Below are positions 38,005 through 52,400 of a stretch of DNA of 64,000 nt, piece after piece. Under the pieces are notes generated by a model. The model was not told the origin of the DNA. It made no database searches and saw only the letters and a program-made list of their open reading frames with translations. Source of the DNA: Candidatus Porifericomitales bacterium (GTDB lineage: Bacteria > Pseudomonadota > Gammaproteobacteria > CBDEFV01); contig CBDEFV010000003.1 in the NCBI GenBank assembly GCA_965237735.1, forward strand, positions 157,169 through 221,168. Reading direction: 5' to 3'. Numbering within the stretch: position 1 is the first letter of the stretch; each line of letters opens with the position of its first letter. Both the position numbers and the translations under genes were made by a program.

Positions 38005-38770
38005 TCAGGTCGCGGCTCTGTTGCGCCGGTTGAACGCGCCGCTGCCGATGATGACGCCGGTCGCCACCAGCACGATCAGCACTGTGCAGATGGCGTTGAT
38101 CTCGGGCGTCACTCCGAGCCGCACCTGGCTGTAGATGACGATCGGCAGCGTCGGGGAGCCGGGGCCGCTGGTGAAACTGGCGATCACCAGATCGTCGAGC
38201 GACAGGGTGAAGGCGAGGAGCCAGCCGGAGATGACGGCCGGCAGGATGAGCGGCAGGGTGACTTTCCAGAACACTTTCAGTGGCGTCGCCCCGAGGTCGG
38301 GCGCGGCCTCTTCAAGCGAGCGGTCAAAATCGGGCATGCGGGCGCGGACGATGACGGCGACATAGCACAGCGAGAAGGTCGCGTGCGCCAGGGTGATGGT
38401 GAGGATGCCGCGGGCGAGGCCGATGGCGGTGAAGGTCAGCAGCAGCGACAGGCCGGTGATGACCTCGGGCATGACGAGGGGGGCGTAGACCATGGAAGCG
38501 GCCGAAGCGCACCAGGGCGATGCCGGCCAGCGCCCCCATGATGGAGGCGAGGGTGGCCGATACCAGGCCGACTCTGAGGGTCACGCTGGCGGCCTGAAGG
38601 ATGGCGTCGTTCTGCAGCAGCTCGCCGTACCAGCGGGTCGAGAACCCGCCCCAGACGGTGACGAGGCGCGATCTGTTGAAACTGAAGATGATCAGAAGCG
38701 CGATCGGCAGATAGAGAAACCCCATGCCGATGACGACCGACGACTTGTTGAACAGGCTGAGCCGTTTCAT
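38005..38770 (-). pseudogene. potC: spermidine/putrescine ABC transporter permease PotC, frameshifted near 38495
   Basis: The N-terminal part (MKRLSLFNKSSVVIGMGFLYLPIALLIIFSFNRS...LVRFGRF) is in one frame and MVYAPLVMPEVITGLSLLLTF...DDLVIASFTSGPG...NRRNRAAT in another. ATG 38770 overlaps the potB stop (ATGA). Confidence 0.7.
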
Positions 38771-39731
38771 CGGGCCCTGTCCAGGCGCATCTGCACCCGC
38801 TGGAACCAGATGATGGGCGCGAGCAGCAGCGTCAGCAGGATGACGGCCGCCGCCGAGGCCAGCGGCCAGTCGCGGTTGTTGAAGAACTCGGTCCACAGCA
38901 CCTTGCCGATCATGAGGGTGTCGGCGCCGCCGAGCAGATCGGGAATGACGAACTCGCCGACCGCCGGGATGAACACCAGCAGGCAGCCGGCGACGACCCC
39001 GGGCAGGGACAGCGGGAAGGTCACGCGCCAGAACACCTGGAAGCCGCGGGCGCCGAGATCGGCGGCGGCCTCGCTGAGGCTGTCGTCGAGCTTGATCAGG
39101 ATGGCATAGATCGGCAGCAGCATGAACGGCAGGTAGGAGTAGACGATGCCGAGGACGACGGCGATGTTGCTGTGGAGGATGTGCAGCGGCTCGCTGATGA
39201 TGCCGGGGCTGCTCAGCAGCAGGTTCAGCAGGCCCTCGTCCTTGAGGATGCCGATCCAGGCGTAGACGCGGATCAGGAAGGAGGTCCAGAACGGCAGAAT
39301 CACCATAATCAGCAGCCGCCCCTGCCACGCCGGCGAGGCCCGGGCCATGCCGTAGGCGATGGGGTAGGCGACGATCAGCGCCACCAGGGTCGAGAATGCA
39401 GCCAGGGAGACGCTGCTGATCCAGGCGAAGAAGTAGAGGTCGTCGCTGAAGAGCAGCAGATAGTTTTCCAGATTGAGGAACATCCGCAGCGCATAGCCTT
39501 CGGTCCCATCGGCGGCCAGGGTCCACAGGGGCGCGTAGGGGGGATGGAGATCTGCGTTTCCGAAAAACTCATCTTGAAGACGATGAGGAACGGAACCAGG
39601 AAGAAGATCAGCAGCCAGGTGTACGGCAGCGCCAGCACCAGGGCGCGGCTCAGGCGGCGCCAGCGCTCGATTGCATGGACCAGCCGCCGCAGCAGCGCCA
39701 GGGGGGAGAGGGACGGCGCCGGCATGTTCAC
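38767..39731 (-). pseudogene. potB: spermidine/putrescine ABC transporter permease PotB, frameshifted at a G6/C6 run (~39535..39543)
   Basis: MNMPAPSLSPLALLRR...FLVPFLIVFKMSFSETQISIPP switches frame to YAPLW...MFLNLENYLLLFSDDLYFFAWISS...EAAADLGARGFQVFWRVTFPLSLPGVVAG. Seven C residues in place of six would restore the frame. Confidence 0.7.
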
Positions 39732-39750
39732 AACTTCCCCCGACTGCGCC

Positions 39751-40233
39751 TCAGTGGGTCAGGACGAGGGCGCTGTCGATATGCCAGGAGGCGCAGACTT
39801 CGTCCTCCCAGGTCACGAGCTTTTTGGTTTCGCGGCGGCTGTTCATGGTGGCCACGGTCAGGGACACGGCCTTCTCCCCCTCGGGTCCCACCCGCAGGTG
39901 ATAGATCGACAGGTTGCCGAGATAGCCGATCTCCTCGACCCGCGCCCTGATGTGGTTCCACTCCTTGTCTTTCGGCGGCTCCTTGCTGATCTGGATCTTT
40001 TCCGGCCGCAGGGCGAGCCACACGGGGGCGTCGGCGACGACGCCGGTGACTTCGCGCGCCTTCAGGTCGGCTCCCAACTGCTCGCTGCGGACGCTGCCCT
40101 CGGCCTTCCAGTGTTCGGGCAGGATATTGATCTCGCCGATGAATTCAGCGACATGGCGGGACAGCGGATTTTCGTAGATCTCGGCCGGCGGGGCGTTCTG
40201 CTCGATATGGCCCTGTTTCATGACGGCGATGCG
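39751..40233 (-). pseudogene. potA: PotA ABC-transporter ATPase, C-terminal ~160 aa only. It is 5'-truncated at the boundary of the gene-2 leader element.
   Basis: ...[42 protein letters not shown]... covers the end of the ABC domain and the TOBE domain. Upstream of ~40233 the sequence becomes the conserved leader element; the Walker A/B region is absent. Confidence 0.65.
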
Positions 40234-40236
40234 GCT

Positions 40237-40496
40237 GGACCCATGGGCGTGGGCGCCGATTCTTCTTCTGCCTCCCCTGTTCGGCTTGCGGCGGCGGCGC
40301 TCGTCCGTTCGGCCCGCTGCGCTGCTGGAAATGGCGTCCTGGTCCCCGGGTTGCCGGCAGGTTTAAAACCTCAGGTTTTTTGTTTTTTTATACAGAAGAT
40401 CCACCCAAACAGCAAAACATGATGGTATACTTTAACTCCCTAAAGAAATATTTTTGGGTATATTTTCAGTTACCATTTTAATGTAGGTATTCTATT
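40237..40496 (+). promoter_or_regulatory. conserved giant-gene leader element, copy 3 (upstream of gene 2). Its 5' edge abuts truncated potA.
   Basis: Same conserved boxes. Homology to the other copies starts at ggacccatgggcg (~40237). Confidence 0.5.
40359..40389 (+). terminator. leader hairpin plus U-tract, copy upstream of gene 2
   Basis: Same motif as at 4838..4867. Confidence 0.3.
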
Positions 40497-43400
40497 GTGG
40501 TTGTGTGGCATGAAAGAGATAGCATACTTGCGAGAGTTATTAAAAGGCAGTGCCTTCGTCCTGCTCTGGGTCATACAGACGCAAGCCCCCCTCACTCGGC
40601 AAGGATGAAACGCTCTCAATCCCGGGCATCAGTGCGCAGCACCGCCTTCCGGGCGCTGGGCTTGGCCGCCCTGTTGTTGTCGTGCCTCGCCCTGCCGTGG
40701 GTCGTGCAGGCGCAGGGGTCCGTCATGGCCGACCGCGATGGAGACGGACTGATCGAAATCGACAATCTGACCATGCTGCACAACATGCGCTACGACTTGG
40801 CGGGCGGAAGCTACAAAACCAGTACCGCCTCGGTCGGGGACAGTTCGGGCTGTCCCGCCCTGCGCTGCATCGGCTATGAGTTGGCGCAGCCCCTCGACTT
40901 TGATACGGATGATGATGGAACCTGGTCGGGCGACAGCAGTCAGGGGTACAGTTTGGATGAGAATGACAGCATGGCGCCATACTTTGTGGTGGATTCCGCT
41001 GCCGGCGGCTGGCAGCCGATTGGCGACCGTGCCAATCCCTTTGCCGCCGTCTTTGACGGCAACGGCCACAGTATCGGCAACCTCGCCATCCGCCGCGCTC
41101 AAGCCTTCGTCGGGCTCTTTGGCGTGATCGGAGAGGGAGCGGCCATCCGCAATCTCGGCCTGGTCGGCAACCTGGCGGATTACACCGGCTTCAGCGATGG
41201 TGAGATTTACATTGGCGGCTTGGTGGGGTTGCAGAGGGGAGGTGCAATCAGCACGAGCTATGCCACGGGCGATGCCGATGGCGGGAGCGGAGCTCGTGAT
41301 CATGTCGGCGGGCTGGTGGGCCAGCAGGAGAACGGTTCGATCACGGCGAGCTATGCCACGGGCGCTGCCGATGGCGGAGCCGGCGACTTTGATCAGGTCG
41401 GCGGGCTGGTGGGCTGGCAGGGCGGCGGTTCAATCATCCTGAGCTATGCCAGGGGCGCTGCCGATGGCGGGGGCGGAGATGGTGATCGGGTCGGCGGGCT
41501 GGTGGGCAGGCAGGACGGCGGTTCAATCATCCTGAGCTATGCCAGGGGCGATGTCGATGGCGGAAGCGGTTTGTATGATCGGGTCGGCGGGCTGGTGGGC
41601 TATCAGTTTAATGGCTCGATCACGGCGAGCTATGCCACGGGCGATGCCGATGGCGGAATCGGCGACGATGATCGGGTCGGCGGGCTGGTGGGCAGGCAGG
41701 ACGGCGGTTCAATCACGGCGAGCTATGCCACGGGCGATGCCGATGGCGGGAGCGGCAATGAAGACAATGCCGGCAGGCTGGTAGGCAATCAGCAGAACGG
41801 CTCGATCTGGCAGAGCTATGGCTTTGGCGGGCTCATGGGCGGAGATTTCACGGGGCCGGATGGCACTCCCCCCGTGTCCAGTGCCGCCGAATTGACCGCA
41901 ACCCATGCCGGATCCTCCTGGAATGCAGCCGACAGCAACACCTTGGGCGCCTGGGATTTTGGTGACAGCACCCAGGTTCCGGCGTTGAACTATGCCGACT
42001 ATGATGGTCAGGGTATGACCTTCAGTTGCGGCCAGTTCCCTCCCGGTGTTTGCGACCCCGCCACCCTGTTGCCGGGCCAGGGGGACCTGAGTGCAGGCGA
42101 CTCTTCTACAGTGCTGTTCGGCGCCGCCGCTACCCTGACCGGCTCGATCAGATTCGGCCGCGTTGCCATCAGCTCCTGGCATTGGCGGCAACTGCGGGGT
42201 CCCACCGTCACCCTGAGGGGCGCCGACAGCCGCGAAGCAACCTTCCTGGTACCGAATATCATGGCCACTCTGGTGTTCGGATTGACCGCTATCGATGGCG
42301 AAGGCCAAGAATACAGCGACCGCGTCACCCTCCTCACTGTGGCTGATATCGTCGATGAGGATGGAGATGGCCTGATCGAGATTCACGACTTGGCCATGCT
42401 GCACAACATGCGCTACGACTTGGCGGGCGGAAGCTACAAAACCAGTACCGCCTCGGTCGGGGACAGTTCGGGCTGTCCCGCCCTGCGCTGCATCGGCTAT
42501 GAGTTGGCGCAGCCCCTCGACTTTGATACGGATGATGATGGAACCTGGTCGGGCAACAGCAGTCAGGGGTACAGTTTGGATGAGAATGACAGCATGGCGC
42601 CGTACTTTGAGGTGAATGGAGACGGCGAAGGCGGCTGGCAGCCGATCGGCGACGAAGCAGACCCTTTTGCCGCCGTCTTTGACGGCAACGGCCACAGTAT
42701 CGGCAACCTCGCCATCCGCCGCGATCAATCTCATATCGGGCTCTTTGGCGCCATGGGAGAGGGAGCGGCCATCCGCAATCTCGGCCTGGTCGGCAACCTG
42801 GCGGATTACACCGGCTCCAGCAATGGTGAGATTTCCATTGGCGGCTTGGTGGGGCGGCAGATCAGCAGTTCGATCACGGCGAGCTATGCCACGGGCGATG
42901 CCGCTGGCGGGAGCGGATCTGGTGATCATGTCGGCGGGCTGGTGGGCTGGCAGGGCGGCGGTTCAATCACGGCGAGCTATGCCAGGGGCGATGCCGATGG
43001 CGGGGGCGGCTACTTTAATCAGATCGGCGGGCTGGTGGGCACTCAGTTCAGTGGCTCAATCACCGCAAGCTATGCCATGGGCAATGCCGCTGGCGGGAGC
43101 GGATCTGGTGATCAGGTCGGCGGGCTGGTGGGCTGGCAGGGCGGCGGTTCAATCATCCTGAGCTATGCCAGGGGCGCTGCCGATGGCGGGGGCGGAGATC
43201 GTGATCGGGTCGGCGGGCTGGTGGGCAGGCAGGACGGCGGTTCAATCATCCTGAGCTATGCCATGGGCAATGCCGCTGGCGGGAGCGGACCTAAGGATCA
43301 GGTCGGCGGGCTGGTGGGCTATCAGTTTAATGGCTCGATCACGGCGAGCTATGCCAGGGGCGATGCCGCTGGCGGGAGCGGAGATAGTGATTTTGTCGGC

Positions 43401-46400
43401 GGGCTGGTGGGCTTGCGGTCTCGTCGCAGTTCAATCACGGCGAGCTATGCCAGGGGCGATGCCGATGGCGGGGTTGGCAACACCGACTATGTCGGCAGGC
43501 TGATCGGCTTGCAGGGAGACGGCTCGATGATCTGGCAGAGCTATGGCTTTGGCGGGCTCATGGGCGGAGATTTCACGGGGCCGGATGGCACTCCCCCCGT
43601 GTCCAGTGCCGCCGAATTGACCGCAACCCATGCCGGATCCTCTTGGAATGCAGCCGACAGCAACACCTTGGGCGCCTGGAATTTTGGTGACAGCACCCAG
43701 GTTCCGGCGCTGAACTATGCCGACTATGATGGTCGGGGTATGACCTTCAGTTGCGGCCAGTTCCCTCCCGGTGTTTGCGACCCCACCACCCTGTTGCCGG
43801 GCCAGGGGGACCTGAGCGCAGGCGACTTTTCTGTAGTGTCGTTCGGCGCCGTCGCCACCCTGACCGGCTCGATCAGATTCAGCCGCGTTGCCATCAGCTC
43901 CTGGCATTGGCGGCAACTGCGGGGTCCCACCGTCACCCTGAGGGGCGCCGACAGCCGCGAAGCAACCTTTCTGGCGCCGGAGAGCCCGGCCACCCTGGTG
44001 TTCGGACTGACCGCTATCGATGACGAAGGCCAGCGATACAGCGACCGCGTCACCCTCCTCGCTGTGGCTGATATCGTCGATGAGGATGAAGATGGCCTGA
44101 TCGAGATTCATGACTTGGCCATGCTGCACAACATGCGCTACGACCTGGCGGGCGGAAGCTACAAAACCAGTACCGCCTCGGTCGGGAACAGCTCGGGCTG
44201 TCCCGCCCTGCGCTGCATCGGCTATGAGTTGGCGCAGCCCCTCGACTTTGATACGGATGATGATGGAACCTGGTCGGGCGACAGCAGCGGGGGGTACAGT
44301 TTGGATGAGAATGACAGCATGGCGCCATACTTTGTGGTGGATTCCGCTGCCGGCGGCTGGCAGCCGATTGGCGACCGTGCCAATCCCTTTGCCGCCGTCT
44401 TTGACGGCAACGGCCACAGCATCGGCAACCTCGCCATCCGCCGCGATCAAGCCTGGGTCGGGCTCTTTGGCGTGATCGGAGGGAGAGCGGCCATCCGCAA
44501 TCTCGGCCTGGTCGACAACTTGGCGGATTACACCGGCTCCAGCGATCGTAATATTTACATTGGCGGCTTGGTGGGGTTGCAGAGGGGAGGTGCAATCAGC
44601 ACGAGCTATGCCAGGGGCGATGCCGCTGGCGGGAGCGGAGCTCGTGATCATGTCGGCGGGCTGGTGGGCTTGCAGGACGGCGGTTCAATCACGGCGAGCT
44701 ATGCCACGGGCGATGCCGCTGGCGGAATCGGCGACGTTGATTTTGTCGGCGGGCTGGTGGGCTTGCAGGACGGTGGTTCAATCACGGCGAGCTATGCCAG
44801 GGGCGATGCCGATGGCGGAGTCGGCGACTATGATTTTGTCGGCGGGCTGGTGGGCTTTCAGGAGGGCGGTTCAATTATCCTGAGCTATGCCAGGGGCGAT
44901 GCCGATGGCGGGAGCGGAATTGAGGATCAGGTCGGCGGGCTGGTGGGCAGGCAGGAAGGCGGTTTGATCACGGCGAGCTATGCCACGGGCGATGCCGATG
45001 GCGGGCACGGCGACTCTGATTTTGTCGGCGGGCTGGTGGGCTATCAGTGGGATCGCGACTCGATCTTGCAGAGCTATGGCTTTGGCGGGCTCATGGGCGG
45101 AGATTTCACGGGGTCGGATGGCACTCCCCCCGTGTCCAGTGCCGCCGAATTGACCGCAACCCATGCCGGATCCTCCTGGAATGCAGCCGACAGCAACACC
45201 TTGGGCGCCTGGGATTTTGGTGACAGCACCCAGGTTCCGGCGCTGAACTATGCCGACTATGATGGTCAGGGTATGACCTTCAGTTGCGGCCAGTTCCCTC
45301 CCGGTGTTTGCGACCCCGCCACCCTGTTGCCGGGCCAGGCTGACGTGAGCGCAGGCGACTCTTCTGCAGTGCTGTTCGGCACAACCGCCATCCTGACCGG
45401 CTCGATCAGATTCGGCCGCGTTGCCATCAGCTCCTGGCATTGGCGGCAACTGCGGGGTCCCACCGTCACCCTGAGGGGCGCCGACAGCCGCGAAGCAACC
45501 TTTCTGGCGCCGGAGAGCCCGGCCACCCTGGTGTTCAGACTGACCGCTATCGATGGCGAAGGCCGAGAATACAGCGACCGCGTCACCTTTACTGTGGCTG
45601 ATATCGTCGATGAGGATGGAGATGGCCTGATCGAGATTCACGACTTGGCCATGCTGCACAACATGCGCTACGACTTGGCGGGCGGAAGCTACAAAACCAG
45701 TACCGCCGCGGTCGGGTACATCGGGGGCTGTCCCGACCAGGGCTGCTTCGGCTATGAGTTGGTGCAGCCCCTCGACTTTGATACGGATGATGATGGAACC
45801 TGGTCGGGCGGCAGCAGTGAGGGGTACAGTTTGGATGGGGATGACAGCATGGCGCCGTACTTTGAGGTGAATGGAGACGGCGAAGGCGGCTGGCTACCGA
45901 TCGGCGATGGCGTCGCTCCCTTTGTCGCTGTCTTTGAGGGCAACGGCCACAGCATCGGCAACCTCGCCATCCGCCGCGATCAATCTCATATCGGGCTCTT
46001 TGGCGCCATGGGAGAGGGAGCGGCCATCCGCAATCTCGGCCTGGTCGACAACCTGGCGGATTACACCGGCTCCAGCGATGATCAGATTTTCATTGGCGGC
46101 TTGGTGGGGCGGCAGATCAGCAGTTCGATCACGGCGAGCTATGCCACGGGCGATGCCGCTGGCGGGAGCGGAGGACTTGATTTTGTCGGCGGGCTGGTGG
46201 GCGTGCAGTTTCGTCGCGGTTCAATCATCCTGAGCTATGCCACGGGCGCTGCCGATGGCGGGGGCGGCGACGATGATCGGGTCGGCGGGCTGGTGGGCTA
46301 TCAGTTGGATGGCTCGATCACGGCGAGCTACGCCACCGGTGATGCCGATGGCGGGCTTGGCAACGATGATCGGGTCGGCGGGCTGGTGGGCTGGCAGGAA

Positions 46401-49400
46401 GGCGGTTTGATCACGGCGAGCTATGCCACAGGCGCTGCCGATGGCGGGGTTGGCAACAGAGACTATGTCGGCAGGCTGCTCGGCTTTCAGGGAGAGGACT
46501 CGATGATCTGGCAGAGCTATGGCTTTGGCGGGCTCATGGGCGGAGATTTCACGGGGCCGGATGGCGCTCCCCCCGTGCCCCGTGCCACCGAATTGACCGC
46601 AACCCATGCCGGATCCTCCTGGAATGCAGCCGACAGCAACACCTTGGGCGCCTGGGATTTCGGCAGCGATGAGCAGATCCCGGTGCTGAACTATGCCGAC
46701 TATGACGGCGAGGGTGCGGCCTTCAACTGCAACCAGTTCCCTCCCGGTGCCTGCGGCACCTTTTTGCCGGGCCAGGTGCCGCCGGCGGCGCTGAAGGCAC
46801 TGGAATTGAGCGCCGGCGTTGTTTTGCATCCAGCCTTCACCCGGGCGACCCTGACTTATACCGCCTCGGTCGTCAACGACATCGAATTCATCACCATCGC
46901 AACAATGCCAGCCCATCTCAATGCCTTGGCTGAAATCACGCCGGCGGATGCCGACGGCACTGGAGACGGCCACCAGGTGAATCTCGCCGTGGGTGAAAAC
47001 TTCATCGCCATAGAGGTGACGGCGGCGGACGGCATGAATGTGCAGAGGTACACCCTGACGCTGACCCGCGCTCCCTCCACCGATGCGACCCTGGGTGCGC
47101 TGGAACTGAGCGGCGGCGTCGCTCTGCGGCCCATCTTTGCTGCGGCGGTGCGGAGCTACACGGCCTCGGTGGCCAACGACATCGCATCCATTACCCTCAC
47201 GGCAGTGCCGACCCATGCCCGTGCTTCGGTTGCGATCACGCCGGCAGATGCCGACCTCACGGCAGAGGGTTATCAGCTGGCTCTCAATATGGGTCCAAAC
47301 CTCATCGTCATAGAGGTGACGGCGGCGGACGGCATGAATGTGCAGAGGTACACCCTGACGCTGACCCGCGCTCCCTCCACCGATGCGACCCTGGGTGCGC
47401 TGGAACTGAGCGGCGGCGTCGCTCTGCGGCCCATCTTTGCTGCGGCGGTGCGGAGCTACACGGCCTCGGTGGCCAACGACATCGCATCCATTACCCTCAC
47501 GGCAGTGCCGACCCATGCCCGTGCTTCGGTTGCGATCACGCCGGCAGATGCCGACCTCACGGCAGAGGGTTATCAGCTGGCTCTCAATATGGGTCCAAAC
47601 CTCATCGTCATAGAGGTGACGGCGGAGGACGGCATGAATGTGCAGAGGTACACCCTGACTCTGACCCGCGCTCCCTCCACCGATGATGCGACCCTGGGTG
47701 CGCTGGAACTGAGCGGCGGCGTCGATCTGCGGCTGCGGCCCATCTTTGCTGCGGCGGTGCGGAGCTACACGGTCTCGGTGGCCAACGACATCGAAACGAT
47801 TACCCTCACGGCGGCGCCGACCCATGCCCGTGCTTCGGTTGCGATCACGCCGGCAGATGCCGACCTCACTGCAGAGGGTTATCAGCTGGCTCTCAATGAG
47901 GGTTCAAACCTCATCAGCATCACCATAGAGGTGACGGCGGCGGACGGAGATACGACGCAGCAATACACCCTGACCCTGATTCGCCGTGCCGCCGCTGATC
48001 GCGATGGCAATGGCCTGATTGAGATCGACAATCCGACCATGCTGCACAACATGCGCTACGACTTGGCGGGCAGAAGCTACAAAACCAGTCCCGTCTCGGT
48101 CGGGGACAGCAGTGGCTGTCCCGCCATGCGCTGCATCGGCTATGAGTTGGAGCAGGACTTGGACTTTGATACGGATGCTGATGGAACCTGGTCGGGCAAC
48201 AGCAGTGAGGGGTACAGTTTGGATGGGGATGACAGCATGGCGCCGTACTTTGTGGTGAATGGAGACGGCGAAGGCGGCTGGCAGCCGATTGGCGACGGTG
48301 CCAATCCCTTTGTCGCCGTCTTTGACGGCAACGGCCACAGCATCGGCAACCTCGCCGTCCGTCGCGCTCAAGCCTTCGTCGGGCTCTTTGGCGTGATCAG
48401 AGAGGGTGCGGCCATCCGCAATCTCGGCTTGGTTGACAGCCTGGCGGATTACACCGGCTCCAGCCTTGTTGAGACTTCCATTGGCGGCTTGGTGGGGTGG
48501 CAGAGGGGAGGTGCAATCAGCGCCAGCTACGCCACCGGCACCGCCAATGGCGGGAGCGGAAATCGTAATTATGTCGGCGGGCTGGTGGGCTGGCAGTGGA
48601 CTGGCTCGATCACGGCGAGCTACGCCACAGGCAATGTCGATGGCGGGGGCGGCAACTATGATAGGGTTGGCGGGCTGGTGGGCTTGCAGGGGGGCGGTTC
48701 AATCATCCTGAGCTATGCCAAGGGCGCTGCCGATGGCGGGAGCGGAGTTCGTGATCGGGTCGGCGGGCTGGTGGGCAGTCAGGGCAACGGCTCGATCACG
48801 GCGAGCTACGCCACCGGCGATGCCGCTGGCGGGGGCGGCAACACAGATTTTGTCGGCGGGCTGGTGGGCTATCAGGACTATGGTCCGATCACGGCGAGCT
48901 ACGCCACCGGCGATGCCGCTGGCGGGGGCGGCAACACAGATTTTGTCGGCGGGCTGGTGGGCAGGCAGTTTGATGGCTCGATCACGGCGAGCTATGCCAC
49001 GGGCGATGCCGATGGCGGCGATGGAAATATTGACGGTGTCGGCAGGCTGGTAGGCAATCAGCAGAACGGCTCGATCTGGCAGAGCTATGGCTTTGGCGGG
49101 CTCATGGGCGGGGATCCCTCGGGGGCGGATGGCGCTCCCCCCGTGTCCAGTGCCGCCGAATTGACCGCAACCCATGCCGGATCCTCTTGGAATGCAGCCG
49201 ACAGCAACACCTTGGGCGCCTGGAATTTTGGTGACAGCACCCAGGTTCCGGCGCTGAACTATGCCGACTATGATGGTCAGGGTATGACCTTCAGTTGCGG
49301 CCAGTTCCCTCCCGGTGTTTGCGACCCCGCCACCCTGTTGCCGGGCCAGGATGTCGTGAGCGCAGGCGACTCTTCTTTAGTGCCGTTCGGCGCCGCCGCC

Positions 49401-52400
49401 ACCCTGACCGGCTCGATCAGATTCGGCCGCGTTGCCATCAGCTCCTGGCATTGGCGGCAACTGCGGGGTCCCACCGTCACCCTGAGGGGCGCCGACCGCC
49501 GCGAAGCAACCTTCCTGGTACCGAATATCATGGCCACCCTGGTGTTCGGACTGACCGCTATCGATGACGAAGGCCAGCGATACAGCGACCGCGTCACCCT
49601 CCTCACTGTGGTTGATCCCGTCGATGAGGATGGAGATGGCCTGATCGAGATTCACGACTTGGCCATGCTGCACAACATGCGCTACGACCTGGCGGGCGGA
49701 AGCTACAAAACCAGTATCGCCTCGGTCGGGGACAGTTCGGGCTGTCCCGCCCTGCGCTGCATCGGCTATGAGTTGATGCAGCACCTGGACTTTGATACGG
49801 ATGATGATGGAACCTGGTCGGGCGACAGCAGTGAGGGGTACAGTTTGGATGGGGATGACAGCATGGCGCCGTACTTTGAGGTGAATGGAGACGGCGAAGG
49901 CGGCTGGCAGCCGATCGGCGACGAAGTAGAGCCTTTTACCGCCGTCTTTGACGGCAACGGCCACAGCATCGGCCACCTCGCCATCCGTCGCGATCAAGCC
50001 TTCGTCGGGCTCTTTGGCGTGATCGGAGAGGGTGCGGCCATCCGCAATCTCGGCCTGGTCGACAACTTGGCGGATTACACCGGCTCCAGCGGTGGTCGGA
50101 TTTCCATTGGCGGCTTGGTGGGGTGGCAGAAGAGAGGTGCAATCAGCACGAGCTACGCCAAGGGCACCGCCGCTGGCGGGCTTGGCAACGGTGATCGGGT
50201 CGGCGGGCTGGTGGGCTGGCAGGACGGCGGTTCAATCATCCTGAGCTATGCCACGGGCAATGCCGATGGCGGAGCCGGCGGCTATGATAATGTCGGCGGG
50301 CTGGTGGGCTGGCAGGACGGCGGTTCAATCACGGCGAGCTACGCCACGGGCAATGCCGATGGCGGAGCCGGCGACTATGATCGGGTCGGCGGGCTGGTGG
50401 GCTTGCAGAACGGCGGTTCAATCACGGCGAGCTATGCCACGGGCGCTGCCGATGGCGGGGTGGGCCACACAGACTATGTCGGCGGGCTGGTAGGACAGCA
50501 GAGAGTCAGCTCGATCATGCAGAGCTATGGCTTTGGCGGGCTCATGGGCGGGGAGTCCGCGGGGGCGGATGGCGCTCCCCCCGTGTCCAGTGCCGCCGAC
50601 TTGACCGCAACCCATGCCGGATCCTCCTGGAATGCAGCCGACAGCAACACCTTGGGCGCTTGGGATTTTGGTGACAGCACTCAGGTTCCGGTGCTGAACT
50701 ATGCCGACTATGATGGTCAGGGTATGACCTTCAGTTGCGGCCAGTTCCCTCCCGGTGTTTGCGACCCCGCCACCCTGTTGCCGGGCCAGGGGGGCCTGAG
50801 CGCAGGCGACTCTTCTACAGTGCTGTTCGGCACAACCGCCACCCTGACCGGCCTGATCAGATTAGGTCGCGTTGCCATCAGCTCCTGGCATTGGCGGCAA
50901 CTGCAGGGTCCCACCGTCACCCTGAGGGGCGCCGACAGCCGCGAAGCAACCTTCCTGGTACCGAATATCATGGCCACCCTGGTGTTCAGACTGACCGCTA
51001 TCGATGACGAAGGCCAAGAATACAGCGACCGCGTCACCCTCCTCACTGTGGCTGATATCGTCGATGAGGATGGAGATGGCCTGATCGAGATTCACGACTT
51101 GGCCATGCTGCACAACATGCGCTACGACCTGGCGGGCGGAAGCTACAAAACCAGTACCGCCTCGGTCGGGAACAGTTCGGGCTGTCCCGCCCTGCGCTGC
51201 ATCGGCTATGAGTTGGTGCAGCCCCTCGACTTTGATACGGATAATGATGGAACCTGGTCGGGTGGCAGCAGCGGGGGGTACAGCTTGGATAAGGATGACA
51301 GCATGGCGCCATACTTTGTGGTGGATTCCGCTGCCGGCGGCTGGCAGCCGATCGGCGACGAAGCAGAGCCTTTTGCCGCCGTCTTTGACGGCAACGGCCA
51401 CAGCATCGGCAACCTCGCCGTCCGTCGCAGTCAGACTGTCTACGTCGGGTTCTTCGGCGCGATAGGAGGGAGTGCGGTCATCCGCAACCTCGGCCTGGTC
51501 GACAACCTGGCGGATTACACCGGCTCCAGCGATAATAAGATTTCCATTGGCGGTTTGGTGGGGTTGCAGAGGGGAGGTGCAATCAGCACGAGCTACGCCA
51601 CCGGCGATGCCGATGGCGGGGGCGGCAGCCTTGATGAGGTTGGCGGGCTGGTGGGCAGGCAGTTTGATGGCTCGATCACGGCGAGCTATGCCACGGGCAA
51701 TGCCGATGGCGGGGGCGGCGGCTATGATAGGGTCGGCGGGCTGGTGGGCTTTCAGGAGGGCGGTTCAATCATCCAGAGCTATGCCATGGGCAATGCCGAT
51801 GGCGGCGGGGAGAGCACTCGGGTCGGCGGGCTGGTGGGCTTTCAGGAGGGCGGTTCAATCATCGTGAGCTTTGCCACGGGCAATGCCGCTGGCGGGAGCA
51901 GAGCTGGTGATCATGTCGGCGGGCTGGTGGGCCATCAGTTTGGTGGCTCGATCACGGCGAGCTATGCCACGGGCGATGCCACTGGCGGTCGCGGAAATCG
52001 TGATCGGGTCGGCGGGCTGGTGGGCTATCAGGTTCGTAGCGATGCATCAATCACGGCGAGCTATGCCACGGGCGATGCCGATGGCGGGGGCGGCAATGAA
52101 GACAATGCCGGCAGGCTGGTAGGCAATCAGCTGAACGGCTCGATCTGGCAGAGCTATGGCTTTGGCGGGCTCATGGGCGGAGATTTCACGGGGCCGGATG
52201 ACACTCCCCCCGTGTCCAGTGCCGCCGAATTGACCGCAACCCATGCCGGATCCTCCTGGAATGCAGCCGACAGCAACACCTTGGGCGCCTGGGATTTTGG
52301 TGACAGCACCCAGGTTCCGGCGCTGAGCTATGCCGACTATGATGGTAAGGGTACGACCTTCAGTTGCGGCCAGTTCCCTCCCGGTGTTTGCGACCCCGCC